Positions 11,522 to 21,223 of a stretch of 64,000 nucleotides of DNA are shown here, piece by piece (the first letter of the stretch is position 1; every line of letters begins with the position of its first letter). The stretch lies in NCBI GenBank assembly GCA_016722375.1, contig JADKJG010000002.1:268389-332388 (forward strand), in the 5' to 3' direction. The position numbers were made by a program, and so were the translations under genes. The notes beneath the pieces are model-generated. The model had not been told where the DNA came from and ran no database searches. It worked only from the letters and a program-made list of their open reading frames with translations. The stretch comes from Bacteroidota bacterium (GTDB lineage: Bacteria > Bacteroidota > Bacteroidia > Chitinophagales > LD1).

Positions 11522-11640
11522 AGCTTTAGAGGTATAGGAAGACGTGCTTTATCCGCATTTTAAAAGATAAGATGCAAAAAGTGCGCAACAAGTTGGAAGG
11601 CACAGAAGATATTTCTTTGACCGAATTGGGTAGTTCGAGG

Positions 11641-13686
11641 TTATCGCACTAGAGTAACGTTGCCGTTTCGCTTTTCGATTTTAGAGCCTCCCGGTGAATT
11701 AGCATCTGGCACCTCTAACTCTATATAATAAACATAGGTACCCACTGGTTGATCTTTGCTACCAAATTTACCATCCCAGAAGGTGTTGGCATTGTGAACC
11801 AACTGTCCCCAACGGTTATAGATACGGAAGGTGTTGATATTTACAGTTCCATTAGACACAGGGCCGAAGGTTTTGTTTTGGGCCATATTTCCACCCGGAG
11901 CAAAAGCATTAGGCATATCAAACTCACCCGCAATGATAACCACTATACTGTCGTAACCGTCACAATTTCCGCTTTCCCCTTCGCTCACCGTAACATAGTA
12001 AACAGTATTGACCGAAGTGGTAATAATAGGATTAGCGCAATCTGTGCAACTGAGTCCTTCTACAGGCGACCAATTATAGGAAGGAGCCTCTGTTCCGCTT
12101 ACCGTTAATGTCACCTGATGTGTTTCGCCCGGTCCACCAATGATGGAGTCAGGGCTGGCATTCACCGATATTTGGTCTGGCTGAGGAACTGTAGCGCTTT
12201 CAGTATAAGTACAACCAAAAACCAAATTCTTTATGTTAATGGTATAGTCTCCGCCCGAAAGATTTCTAAAAGCTGTATCAAACTGAAAACCACCTCCGTT
12301 TAGTGCAAACTGGAATACTCCACTCTGCGGATCTGCCGGGGTGATGATGATGCCTCCGTCATTTCCATTGCACGATGCCGGCTCTACCCTTACGTTGAAC
12401 TCAGCGTTTGAAACTCCCTGTGGAATAGAGATAATTCCATTACCCATACAACCAACAGAATCTGTGATGGTGAAATTATAATTACCCGGAGGGATATTGC
12501 TAAACTGACCGGTCATATTAGTGGCAAAGCCTTCTAAAGAATAAGTACGTGAACCTGCTCCACCGGTTCCTCCGGTATCAACAATCGAAAGATTTCCATA
12601 AGCCGGCTCGGCACAAAGATGCAAGTCCAAGATAGAAGTGTACCAAATCTGTGTAGAAGGGATGAACGCTCCTGATGCCGTAACCGAACAACTATTCGCG
12701 CCCGATACCGTCACAGAAAAAGCCCCTGCTGAAAAGTTATACACCGTATCATTGCTGCTTCCATTGCTCCACTGATATGTATAAGGAGGAATGCCTTGTG
12801 TTGGATTGACAGAAGCCTGTCCATTTATTTCACCATAACAAATACCTGCCCTGTATGAAAGTCCCATAATCGGGGTAGGCTTTACAAATGTACGAACGAT
12901 ATTGCTCCAAGCACTTTGGCAACCATTGGCATCTTGAACAATTACAATGACCTGATTTCCCTGTCCTAATTGGGTGGTTGACCAAGTGTTCGTTGCGTTC
13001 GCTTGTTGCTGAGCACCGCCGTTATAAAACAAATATTTATTTCCTCCTGCAGGGTTAGCGGTAAAAACAACCAACTCGCCACTACAAATTGTATCATTAG
13101 CAATTGAACTGGTCAATGTAGCTGCCCCGGGCAATGGGTTGGCGCGGATAGCGGCGCTGCCATTGCTAAAGCAACCTCCATTAGAACCAAATACCCGAAC
13201 ACTGTCATTAGAACCTAGGACCGCCTGAAACGCATCGCTGGCCGAAAGCTGCTTCAACGTATCATTTATAAAGAAGGCGTAGCCTGCATATTGAGTCCCG
13301 CCTGCGCTAAAGGTAGTCGTTACCCCTTGACAAACCGGACTTGGGAAAGCGGTCAGCGTGACGCTGCCAGTTCCTGCAAGGACATTGACTATTAAAGTTT
13401 CTACTACCGGGCCACCGCCAGTGGTGATCGTCACCTTTACGGTACGCGAACCGGGAGTTAAAAATACCGTTCCCCCGGCGGGCAATGCGCTGCTCATGGT
13501 GCTTGGATAAGAGTTCGGTCCAAAATCCCATGCATACAAGGACCCGATTAGGGTAGTAGTGGTGAACGTATCAGCACAACCTACCACAGGTGGATTAATG
13601 GATATACGGTTAATGGCTGCCTGGGTGGTGGTGCCAAATCCTATGATCAATAGAGAAAACAAAAGGGCTTTAGAAAGCATTTTCAT
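11641..13686 (-). CDS. Large cell-surface repeat protein (SprB-type repeat) with a T9SS type B C-terminal domain; tandem paralog of 8996..11521
   Basis: 681 aa with a signal peptide. The first ~270 aa align with the neighbouring protein (VGC.DTFTT, FLTPGS.TV.V, VRVFGSNGGCFSN, SSIANDTICSG, YLFYNGG.QQ, TTQLGQGNQVIV). SprB-like motif ICYGEINGQASV...PPYTYQWSNGSS. C-terminus MPNAFAPGG...FWDGKFGSKDQPVGTYVYY...VTLVR. Confidence 0.85.
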   Translation of the reverse strand: MKMLSKALLFSLLIIGFGTTTQAAINRISINPPVVGCADTFTTTTLIGSLYAWDFGPNSYPSTMSSALPAGGTVFLTPGSRTVKVTITTGGGPVVETLIVNVLAGTGSVTLTAFPSPVCQGVTTTFSAGGTQYAGYAFFINDTLKQLSASDAFQAVLGSNDSVRVFGSNGGCFSNGSAAIRANPLPGAATLTSSIANDTICSGELVVFTANPAGGNKYLFYNGGAQQQANATNTWSTTQLGQGNQVIVIVQDANGCQSAWSNIVRTFVKPTPIMGLSYRAGICYGEINGQASVNPTQGIPPYTYQWSNGSSNDTVYNFSAGAFSVTVSGANSCSVTASGAFIPSTQIWYTSILDLHLCAEPAYGNLSIVDTGGTGGAGSRTYSLEGFATNMTGQFSNIPPGNYNFTITDSVGCMGNGIISIPQGVSNAEFNVRVEPASCNGNDGGIIITPADPQSGVFQFALNGGGFQFDTAFRNLSGGDYTINIKNLVFGCTYTESATVPQPDQISVNASPDSIIGGPGETHQVTLTVSGTEAPSYNWSPVEGLSCTDCANPIITTSVNTVYYVTVSEGESGNCDGYDSIVVIIAGEFDMPNAFAPGGNMAQNKTFGPVSNGTVNINTFRIYNRWGQLVHNANTFWDGKFGSKDQPVGTYVYYIELEVPDANSPGGSKIEKRNGNVTLVR

Positions 13687-13872
13687 AATTATTTTTTGCG
13701 TTGAATACGTGTTTGTAAACCAGTCCTTAAAATCGGTTGCGAATATTAGAATCCTTCGCCATTAAACAAAGAATTTGGGCAACAAATTGCTAACCATATA
13801 AACTTTTACACCCAACCGAACTCTTGCGGACTATAGCTGAATGATTATTTTCGGCGCTCTTTTAAATAAATT

Positions 13873-14382
13873 ATGGCTGAAATAAACATTCAAAAATACA
13901 CGCGTCGCGCGTCGCGCAAAAAGAAGGAATTGGGTCGCTTTTTAGTCCGTTTAGGGAAAAAGCCTTTTAAAGGCCTCTTAAAGCAGGTAAACATTGCCGA
14001 AAAAGAAACCTGGAAAGAAATCAACTGCATGGAGTGTGCCAACTGTTGCAAGAAGATGACTCCCACCTATAACCGCAAGGATATATTGCGCATTGCCAAA
14101 CACTTCAAAATGACTTATAAGCAGTTTTTTGATAAATGGCTGATCATTGACAAAAACAAAGATATTATCAACCAAAGCATTCCCTGCCAATTTCTGGGCA
14201 AGGACAACCTGTGCACCATATACGATATCCGCCCTTTAGATTGTGCAGATTTTCCACACTTCAACCGCAGAGATTTCCGCTATCAGGCTGCCGAAAAAAC
14301 CTATACCCAAAATATGGTTTACTGTCCCGCTACCCTCGTGCTGGTTGAAAAACTGAAAGAACAAATCGAAGCAGATTTATAA
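13873..14382 (+). CDS. YkgJ-family cysteine-cluster protein (UPF0153, putative Zn/Fe-binding)
   Basis: 169 aa. CxxCxxCC motif (CMECANCCKKM) and a second Cys cluster (CQFL..NLCTIYDIRPLDCADFP). Confidence 0.65.
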   Translation: MAEINIQKYTRRASRKKKELGRFLVRLGKKPFKGLLKQVNIAEKETWKEINCMECANCCKKMTPTYNRKDILRIAKHFKMTYKQFFDKWLIIDKNKDIINQSIPCQFLGKDNLCTIYDIRPLDCADFPHFNRRDFRYQAAEKTYTQNMVYCPATLVLVEKLKEQIEADL

Positions 14383-14406
14383 ACCTCCAAACAATAAACA
14401 CAGCAG

Positions 14407-15768
14407 ATGAAATACTATAACAACATTATCGAAACCATCGGAAACACTCCTTTGGTTAAATTGAATAAGCTCACTAAAGATATTCCCGGTCTGTTTCTGG
14501 CCAAGGTGGAATATTTCAACCCCGGAAACTCCATTAAAGACCGTATCGGTTTGAAAATGATACTCGATGCCGAGCGCGACGGAAAACTAAAGCCCGGCGG
14601 AACCATCATTGAATGTACCTCCGGCAACACCGGTATGGGGCTGGCGCTCACCTCCGTAGTGAAAGGATATAAGTGCATCTTCACCACCACCGAAAAACAA
14701 TCCAAACAGAAACTCGACATACTTCGCGCCTTGGGTGCCGAAGTCATCGTTTGTCCTACGAATGTAGAACCCGACGATCCGCGCTCTTACTATTCTATCG
14801 CCAAAAGATTGGCCAAAGAAATTCCCAATTCATATCACATGAATCAATACGACAACCTCAGCAACCGCGCCGCGCATTATGAAAGCACCGGTCCTGAAAT
14901 ATGGGAACAAACCGAAGGAAAGGTAACTCACTACATCACGACCATCGGCACCGGAGGAACCGTTATGGGTGTGGCCATGTATTTAAAAGAGAAGAACCCT
15001 AATATTAAAGTTTGGGGCATTGATGCCTATGGTTCTTTGCTCAAGAAATTTCACGACACCGGCGAACTGGATATGAATGAAGTATATCCCTACTTTGCCG
15101 AGGGCATTGGCGAAGACTTCATCCCGGCTAACTACGACATGAAATTTATTGACCACATCGAACAGGTGACGGACAAAGACGGAGCCATCATGGCGCGGAA
15201 ATTAGCCAAGGAAGAAGGTCTCTTCTGTGGCTACAGCGCCGGAACTGTGATGCAGGGGCTGATGCAGATGAAAGATAAATTCAAGAAAGATGATGTAGTC
15301 GTTGTTATCCTTCACGACCACGGCAGCCGCTATGTGGCCAAGATATATAACGACAGTTGGATGAAAGAGCGCGGCTTCCTCACCAACGAAGTGCTGACCG
15401 CCAAGACCATCATAGAGCGCAAACAAATTCGCGACATTATTTGTGCCGAACCAAAAGAAACCGTAGCGGCTGTTTTCCAGAAGATGAAAGAAATGCACAT
15501 CACCCAACTACCGGTGATGGAAGGCAACAAAAACTTAGGCAGCATCACCGAACACCAGATTCTGCGCCTCTTGATAGAAGACGCTGCCCATAAAGAAGAC
15601 GAAGTAGGCAAAGTGATGGGCAAGCCCTTTCCACTGGTTGACCTCAGTTTAACAGCTCCAGAAATCTCTAAACTCATATCAAAAGATAATACCGCCGTGT
15701 TGGTGCTTGCCAACTCCGGTGCCTTGCACATCATTACCGAGTTTGATTTGATAGAAGCAATGGCTTGA
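14407..15768 (+). CDS. PLP-dependent cysteine synthase / cystathionine beta-synthase family protein with a C-terminal CBS domain pair
   Basis: 453 aa. PLP-lysine region NPGNSIKDRIG, SGNTGMGLA loop, GTGGT motif. The last ~120 aa look like tandem CBS domains. Confidence 0.85.
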   Translation: MKYYNNIIETIGNTPLVKLNKLTKDIPGLFLAKVEYFNPGNSIKDRIGLKMILDAERDGKLKPGGTIIECTSGNTGMGLALTSVVKGYKCIFTTTEKQSKQKLDILRALGAEVIVCPTNVEPDDPRSYYSIAKRLAKEIPNSYHMNQYDNLSNRAAHYESTGPEIWEQTEGKVTHYITTIGTGGTVMGVAMYLKEKNPNIKVWGIDAYGSLLKKFHDTGELDMNEVYPYFAEGIGEDFIPANYDMKFIDHIEQVTDKDGAIMARKLAKEEGLFCGYSAGTVMQGLMQMKDKFKKDDVVVVILHDHGSRYVAKIYNDSWMKERGFLTNEVLTAKTIIERKQIRDIICAEPKETVAAVFQKMKEMHITQLPVMEGNKNLGSITEHQILRLLIEDAAHKEDEVGKVMGKPFPLVDLSLTAPEISKLISKDNTAVLVLANSGALHIITEFDLIEAMA

Positions 15769-15863
15769 TGAATGTTGAATTATGAGTGCTGAATGTTGAA
15801 TCTCCTTCCTGCATTTCTACGAAAGGCTTTGTATTAACAAGGGGTCATGACACAAAGTTACAA

Positions 15864-15885
15864 CAAGGGGTCCACTGACCCCTTG
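15864..15885. terminator. Stem-loop (9-bp stem CAAGGGGTC / GACCCCTTG, loop CACT) downstream of the CBS-domain gene
   Basis: Perfect inverted repeat read directly. It lies about 95 nt after the stop at 15768. There is no clear U-tract, so terminator function is inferred only. Confidence 0.35.
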
Positions 15886-15919
15886 CTATAAGGAAGCTTC
15901 TGATGGAGTTTGGTAAAAT

Positions 15920-16085
15920 TTACGACGTCGTTACCGTGATAGGGTCGCAAACAAGACTGGCGCCGAAATCATTCACGGCATACACACTGACAGTGTATTT
16001 GAATTGAGACGTGAAGCCTGAAAGCGTCGTCTTGCGATGGGTATCGGTTTTGAAGGCTACAATTTCCGCCGCTACTGCGGTGGGT
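15920..16085 (-). pseudogene. Orphan C-terminal fragment of a fibronectin type III-like domain
   Basis: The minus-frame translation ...KTDTHRKTTLSGFTSQFKYTVSVYAVNDFGASLVCDPITVTTS-stop matches the last two beta strands of FN3 (L.GL.p.t.Y.v.V.A.N..G.S). No intact N-terminal part exists, because upstream it runs into the 21-bp array. Confidence 0.3.
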
Positions 16086-16161
16086 GTTCGTTTTACCAAG
16101 CACCTTTGGATGGTTAGTGATAACACTGGCCCGGACGCAAAGCGTATTTGCACAGGCGCTG

Positions 16162-16392
16162 TGCAAATGTGCATGACCTCTTTGCAAACTTGCATCACCC
16201 TTTTGCAAACGTGCATGGCTGCTTTGCAAATTTGCATCACCCTTTTTCATATTTGCTTGCCCTCTTTGCAAACTTGCATGAGTCTTTTGCAAACTTGCTT
16301 GCCTTCTTTGCAAACTTGCTTGCCCTCCATGCAAACTTGCATGAGCCTTTTGCAAATTTGCATGGCCTCTGTGCAAATTTGCTTTTGAGGCC
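16162..16392. repeat. Tandem array A1: 11 units of 21 bp, consensus TGCAAAYTTGCWTGNNCCTCTT-like
   Basis: TGCAAA recurs at 16162, 16183, 16204, 16225, (16246 degenerate), 16267, 16288, 16309, 16330, 16351 and 16372. The core is palindromic (TGCAAATTTGCA in three units). Confidence 0.9.
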
Positions 16393-16541
16393 GGAATGGA
16401 TAAAGAAGGCTGATTTGGGTTCATTTTGAGGCTTTTTTGGGCTTTTTACCACTTTTCAAAAACATAAGCAAACCTAAGCCCCGAAGCATTACCCAAAAAT
16501 GGGGAATTGTCATAATAGTGTCATTTTTTTGGGGGGTAGGC

Positions 16542-16572
16542 GCGATTCCATCCCTCAAAGGGATGGAATCGC
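16542..16572. other. Perfect 13-bp stem-loop GCGATTCCATCCC-TCAAA-GGGATGGAATCGC
   Basis: Read directly. It lies between array A1 and the start codon at 16628 (~55 nt upstream) and is preceded by a G-run and GC-rich stretch. Confidence 0.6.
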
Positions 16573-16627
16573 TGAAAGAAGTTATACTTTCAAACCTTAA
16601 AATTCATTTCATATAAAACCAAATCCT

Positions 16628-17742
16628 ATGAAACACATTTACCTGCTGCTCTTCTCCCTTTTAGCTTTTACATCTGCTCAAAGCCTTTCGGTGACTATCA
16701 CTGCGGATAAAACGGTGGCTTGTCCCGGTGGTTCGGTAAATCTTTCGGCAACCGTAACCGAGCTTCGCAACCAGATTCACTTTTGGTTTATGAATGGAGT
16801 TATACGGGCAATGGTTCTTTGTCAAACAGCGATAATGATTCTACCATCTTTACTATGCCCGATTCGGGAGATGTAACTATTCAGGTGAAAGTGGTGGATG
16901 GAAATGATAGCACGACGAATGAGATTATGTTGAAGAGTGCGTGGTTGAAAGTGAATCTCATTTCTCAAGCGGATTCCCTTGATTGCAATAGTAACGCTCT
17001 GCTTATTGCCTATACTTCTGGCTCCACCTGGGGACAGCAGGGTAAATTTTATCACTGGTACGGATATGGCGATAGCGATAGCGCTTCTTTTATCACTATC
17101 AGCCAAGCAGGAATATATTATGTGAAAGTGGAGAATAGTTCTGGTTGTCTCGCATCAGACACAGTGGAAATCAAATATCGAGATGGAGTAAGTAACCACG
17201 TTGATTTTGACATCCCTTATCCGGTCTGCCAGAATTGTACTGTTACTTTCACTAACACTTCAGAAAAACAAGGAGGGGTGTGGAAAACAGAATGGGAGCT
17301 ACCCGGTTGCGCGGTGGAACCTTGGTATTGTCCAGCAAATCCCTTTACCGCCATAAATCCTGGAGGCTATTCTGTCAGACTTACGATGGATAGCGCAGGC
17401 TGTAGGTTTTCTATAACTAAAGTCATTACGGTGTTACCCGAAACCAGCCCATATTGTACTTATCCTAATGGATGCACTGTGGGTATCGAAGAAGACCCAG
17501 CAGATAGACTCATTCAGATTTCTCCCAATCCCAACGCAGGACGAGTCAGCATTCACCTTCAAGATATTCCGCTGCCTGTTCGGGCGGAACTGTATGATTT
17601 GTTGGGAAGAAAGATGAATATCTTTCAGATTACGCAGTCTGTTCAGGAACTGGATTTATCTTTGGTGGAAGACGGGATTTATTTTCTCTTGTTCCATCAA
17701 AACGAAAGGACGGTGTTGAAACGAGTGGTGATTAGTAGGTAA
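16628..17742 (+). pseudogene. Secreted protein with a T9SS type A C-terminal sorting domain, interrupted by a 1-nt frameshift near 16759-16762
   Basis: The signal peptide ORF 16628..16876 (MKHIYLLLFSLLAFTSAQS...LSATVT) and the body ORF 16720..17742 (...ASQPDSLLVYEWSYTGNG...) are in different frames and join cleanly. C-terminus ISPNPNAGRVSIHL...GIYFLLF...VVISR is a Por secretion tail. Confidence 0.65.
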
Positions 17743-17777
17743 AGGGTTGAGTCTATAATCTTTAATGGGAATGATAA

Positions 17778-17806
17778 ACTACAAAAGTTTTAGAAACTTT
17801 TGTAGT
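17778..17806 (+). terminator. Stem-loop, 13-bp perfect stem ACTACAAAAGTTT / AAACTTTTGTAGT with loop TAG
   Basis: Read directly, 36 nt downstream of the stop at 17742. Confidence 0.55.
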
Positions 17807-18000
17807 CTATTCAGCAGCGATGAGTTTGGAATGTTGAATGTTCAATGACAATATCATTGCTTTGATTAATTCCGTTTTCAATCGAGGTATTCATATCTTT
17901 CACTCAAATACACATTATTCACAGCTTCAGGTTTTGAGGAACAGAAAGGCTTACTATTTTTGTGTGCATCAATATTTAACCAAAAACAAGTTTAAAGAAC

Positions 18001-18434
18001 ATGAAAAATTTACTTACCGTCCTGTTTCTATGCATTTATGCCCTTACCAAAGCACAGTCTGGCGACATCACCGTGCCGTATAATACGATGGTAAGCATTA
18101 TCCTTTCTGAAGAATTGAAAGAAGGAAAGAATAAAGTGGGTACCCCGCCAAGTTTGTTGTGGCTGAAGATGTGAAAGTGAACGACGAAGTGGCTATTGCA
18201 AAAAATGCACCTGTTACCGGAACGGTTACTATTTCAAAGAGGGGTGAATTGAGAGTGGAGATGGTTGATGTGACCGCCGTGGACGGAAGCCGCCTGAAAC
18301 TGGCTGATTGTTGGTCTTTTACTACCGCAGCTCAAAATCAAAAATCAAGAGGCGCGATGTTTGTAAAGGGCTTTAGAAAGAATTGCTATACGCCTGAGAA
18401 ATATATAGTAAAGAAATCAGCCGGCAAATTCTAA
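18001..18434 (+). pseudogene. Small secreted hypothetical protein, frameshifted in a C-run at 18143-18146
   Basis: An ATG at 18001 gives the signal peptide MKNLLTVLFLCIYALTKAQS...KNKVGTP, then stops at 18172. The ORF 18159..18434 continues (..AKFVVAEDVKVNDEVAIAK...) in the next frame. One extra C in ACCCCG would fuse them. Confidence 0.5.
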
Positions 18435-18525
18435 AGATGGGTCGAAGATCGTCGCAATAAATCAAAATCGCATTTCTGCGAACCGCCATCACGAAGGCGA
18501 TAACTTATAACCAAAACAAATCAAA

Positions 18526-18861
18526 ATGAAACTAAAAACCATAATACTGTCTGGCCTGATGTCGTTGGCCTGTTTTTCTATGCTTCACGCACAACAGGCA
18601 CAATATGATCTGGCGGTCGTAGGTTATTTTTATGATACGCCGAAGCCGCAAATAGTCATTTCTATGAATGGCGAAAAGTTTGAGCAGGCAGATGTGGAAA
18701 GAGAGGAATTGCAGAATGCGCGTTGGGGTATTAATTTGAATCCACTGATTAAACGAGTGAACAAGCTTCAAAGCGAAGGTTGGGAAGTGGTAGGAGGATT
18801 GAGTACCAGTGGATTGCCGGCTATCTCCATGTTTTATTATAGTCTGCGGAAGAAGAAGTAG
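18526..18861 (+). CDS. Hypothetical secreted protein
   Basis: 111 aa with signal peptide MKLKTIILSGLMSLACFSMLHAQ. No recognisable family. Confidence 0.5.
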   Translation: MKLKTIILSGLMSLACFSMLHAQQAQYDLAVVGYFYDTPKPQIVISMNGEKFEQADVEREELQNARWGINLNPLIKRVNKLQSEGWEVVGGLSTSGLPAISMFYYSLRKKK

Positions 18862-18885
18862 GTATAAATACTTCGATATGGATAT

Positions 18886-18926
18886 AAAACAGAAAAGCCG
18901 CTTCAGAGAAGCGGCTTTTCTGTTTT
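18886..18926. terminator. Bidirectional stem-loop, 19-bp perfect stem AAAACAGAAAAGCCGCTTC / GAAGCGGCTTTTCTGTTTT
   Basis: Read directly. It lies between convergent genes ending at 18861 (+) and 18944 (-), with A/T runs on both sides. Confidence 0.7.
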
Positions 18927-18943
18927 GAATATTGGAATAAGGT

Positions 18944-19519
18944 TTATTTCTTCTTTCCTTTTTTAGCATCACCAGTCGTAGCAAAACAGAACGAAACATT
19001 TGAGCCGCGAACGACTAAAGCCCATTCAGTTCCTTCGGTAAGTGGAGTGCTTGGAACAAATTTGTAAACACCTGGAGAAACCTTAGTGTACTCCACAGCA
19101 ATATCGTCTCTTTGAACAGATTTGCCTTTACCGCCAAAAGCGCCCGCCATAGCAGCAGCAGATTGTGCTAATTCTACTTCGCGGGTATCCTTAGCTACCA
19201 TTACTTTGGTCAAATAAAGAATACCTTCTGGATCTGTTTCAGCATCATTTAGTTTGATGATGAACTGTGCATCACTCGGATCAATCTTGACAGGAGAGTG
19301 TCCGCCTAACAAGTTGAGGAAAGTAACGACACTGGCACCATAACTAAAGCCTTTGGTTTTGGATTTTATTTCCATCGTAGGCTTTTCTAGTTTGCTGAGG
19401 GAACCATCCTTCTTAATCAGCATGGGGCTCATTTTGAAGTCAGGAATCTGAACGTCTTGTGCGAACACAAATGCGGACGATAATATCACCGCAAGGAAAA
19501 TGCTAATTGTCTTTTTCAT
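18944..19519 (-). CDS. Hypothetical secreted protein
   Basis: The ORF 18944..19543 starts at TTG. The internal ATG at 19519 gives the signal peptide MKKTISIFLAVILSSAFVFAQ. No recognisable family. Confidence 0.5.
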   Translation of the reverse strand: MKKTISIFLAVILSSAFVFAQDVQIPDFKMSPMLIKKDGSLSKLEKPTMEIKSKTKGFSYGASVVTFLNLLGGHSPVKIDPSDAQFIIKLNDAETDPEGILYLTKVMVAKDTREVELAQSAAAMAGAFGGKGKSVQRDDIAVEYTKVSPGVYKFVPSTPLTEGTEWALVVRGSNVSFCFATTGDAKKGKKK

Positions 19520-19612
19520 ATTGTTTGTTTTTGGTTTCGGCAAATGTAGAAAAGAAACTAAAATAGAACCAAGGAAACAGGATGATTTTTGAAAGGTAAA
19601 CTTCTCTTGATT

Positions 19613-20468
19613 CTATCCCTGTATTTTCTTAATCAAACCGGTCAGTACATTGCCCGGTCCAATCTCGACAAATTCAGTTGCACCGTCTGCCAGCATTTGG
19701 CGCACTGACTGTGTCCAACGAACAGGCGCGGTGAGTTGAGCAATCAAGTTCAATTTGATTTGAGTCGCATCGGTTTCTGCTTTGGCCGTTGCGTTCTGGT
19801 AGATAGGGCAGGAGGGTTGGTTGAAATTGGATTGATGGATGGCCTCGGCCAGTTCCTGTCGGGCAGGTTCCATCAAGGGCGAATGGAAAGCTCCGCCAAC
19901 TGGCAGTGTAATCACTCTTTTCACTCCGGCGGCTTTCAGTTTTTCCGAAGCCAGTTCAATTCCTTTCACCGTGCCGGAAATAACCAACTGTCCCGGTGAG
20001 TTATAGTTGGCAGGCACTACTATTTCATCAGAAATTTCTTTACAGATATTTTCAACCTGCTCCTCGCTGGCATAACCAATCACCGCAGCCATGGTGGAAG
20101 GCTGCAACTCACAGGCCTTTTGCATGGCTCGCGCCCGAATGGAGACCAACTTCAATCCGTCCTCAAAACCTAAAGTTTTGTTTGCCACCAAAGCAGAGAA
20201 CTCGCCCAAAGAATGACCGGCTACCATATCCGGCTGGAAGTTTTGCATCAATGCAGCTGCTATCACCGAATGGATAAAAACGGCGGGTTGGGTTACTTTG
20301 GTTTGTTTCAATTCTTCATCCGTTCCCTCAAACATGATTTTTGAGATAGGGAATCCGAGTAGCTCATCGGCGGTGGCAAACATTTTTTGCCGTTTCAGAT
20401 TGATCAAATAAATCTTTTCCCATTCCGGTAAACTGGGAGCCTTGTCCGGGGAATATGTATGCTTTCAT
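19613..20468 (-). pseudogene. fabD: ACP S-malonyltransferase, N-terminus displaced by a frameshift in a 6-nt homopolymer (20383-20388)
   Basis: The ORF 19613..20407 has GHSLGEFSALV and the rest of FabD. The conserved N-terminus MKAYIFPGQGSQFTGMGKDLF is encoded from the ATG at 20468 in another frame. The two frames meet in the run GCAAAAAATG (minus strand). Confidence 0.85.
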
Positions 20469-20524
20469 GGTGTTAGGTTAATGGTTGGCAGATGGCGGTT
20501 AGCAGATGGCAAAGCGGTTAACTG

Positions 20525-21124
20525 CTAGCTTAACTTCGTCGAAATCAAATTGATAAACTCGCTTCTTGTGGAATGATTTTCAAACTCTCCGGTGAATGCG
20601 GAAGTAGTAGTAGTGGAGTTTTGTTTCTCCACTCCGCGAATCATCATGCAAAGATGTTTGGCTTCCACAACTACTGCTACCCCTAATGGTTGAAGAGCTT
20701 CCTGCACGCAGTTTCTTATTTGGCAAGTGAGTCTTTCCTGCACTTGTAGGCGACGAGAAAACACGTCAACTACTCTGGCCAGTTTACTTAATCCGACAAT
20801 TTTTCCATTGGGGATATATGCGATGTGAGCGCGGCCATAGAAGGGGAGGAGGTGATGCTCGCAAAGAGAGAATAGTTCAATGTCTTTCACGATAATCATC
20901 TCGCTATGATGCTCGTCAAAGATGGCTGACTTTAATATTTCTATGGCGTCTAACTGATAACCCTGCGTCATAAAGTGCATGGCTTTGGCAATGCGCTCCG
21001 GGGTGCGCGCGAGTCCTTCGCGGTTGGGGTCTTCTCCCAGCGTTTTAATGATTTCACTGTAGTTCTTTTTCAGCAACTCTAGCGATTGCTGATCATAGGT
21101 TTCTGTTTTCTGATATTTTTTCAT
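20525..21124 (-). CDS. folE: GTP cyclohydrolase I
   Basis: 199 aa. Motifs [10 protein letters not shown] and [10 protein letters not shown]. Confidence 0.9.
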   Translation of the reverse strand: MKKYQKTETYDQQSLELLKKNYSEIIKTLGEDPNREGLARTPERIAKAMHFMTQGYQLDAIEILKSAIFDEHHSEMIIVKDIELFSLCEHHLLPFYGRAHIAYIPNGKIVGLSKLARVVDVFSRRLQVQERLTCQIRNCVQEALQPLGVAVVVEAKHLCMMIRGVEKQNSTTTTSAFTGEFENHSTRSEFINLISTKLS

Positions 21125-21223
21125 GATAAAGGTTTTTGGTTTGGCCTTTAGCGCTTCACAGAAATGAAAAAAGCCAAGTCAATCTATTGTATTTACTGCT
21201 AACGGTCATCTGCGAGCCGTTAA

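Noticed and set aside
16162-16392. The tandem arrays (A1-A5) as CRISPR arrays.
   Set aside because: The period is only 21 bp. There are no unique spacers between conserved repeats, because the whole unit is the repeat with a few variable positions. No cas genes are present in the window.
15969-16452. Five overlapping six-frame ORFs across A1 (15920..16240, 15969..16424, 16011..16388, 16148..16429, 16237..16452) as separate genes.
   Set aside because: They occupy the same DNA in different frames and on both strands. They exist because a 21-nt unit without stop triplets stays open in many frames. At most one could be real, and none has independent support.
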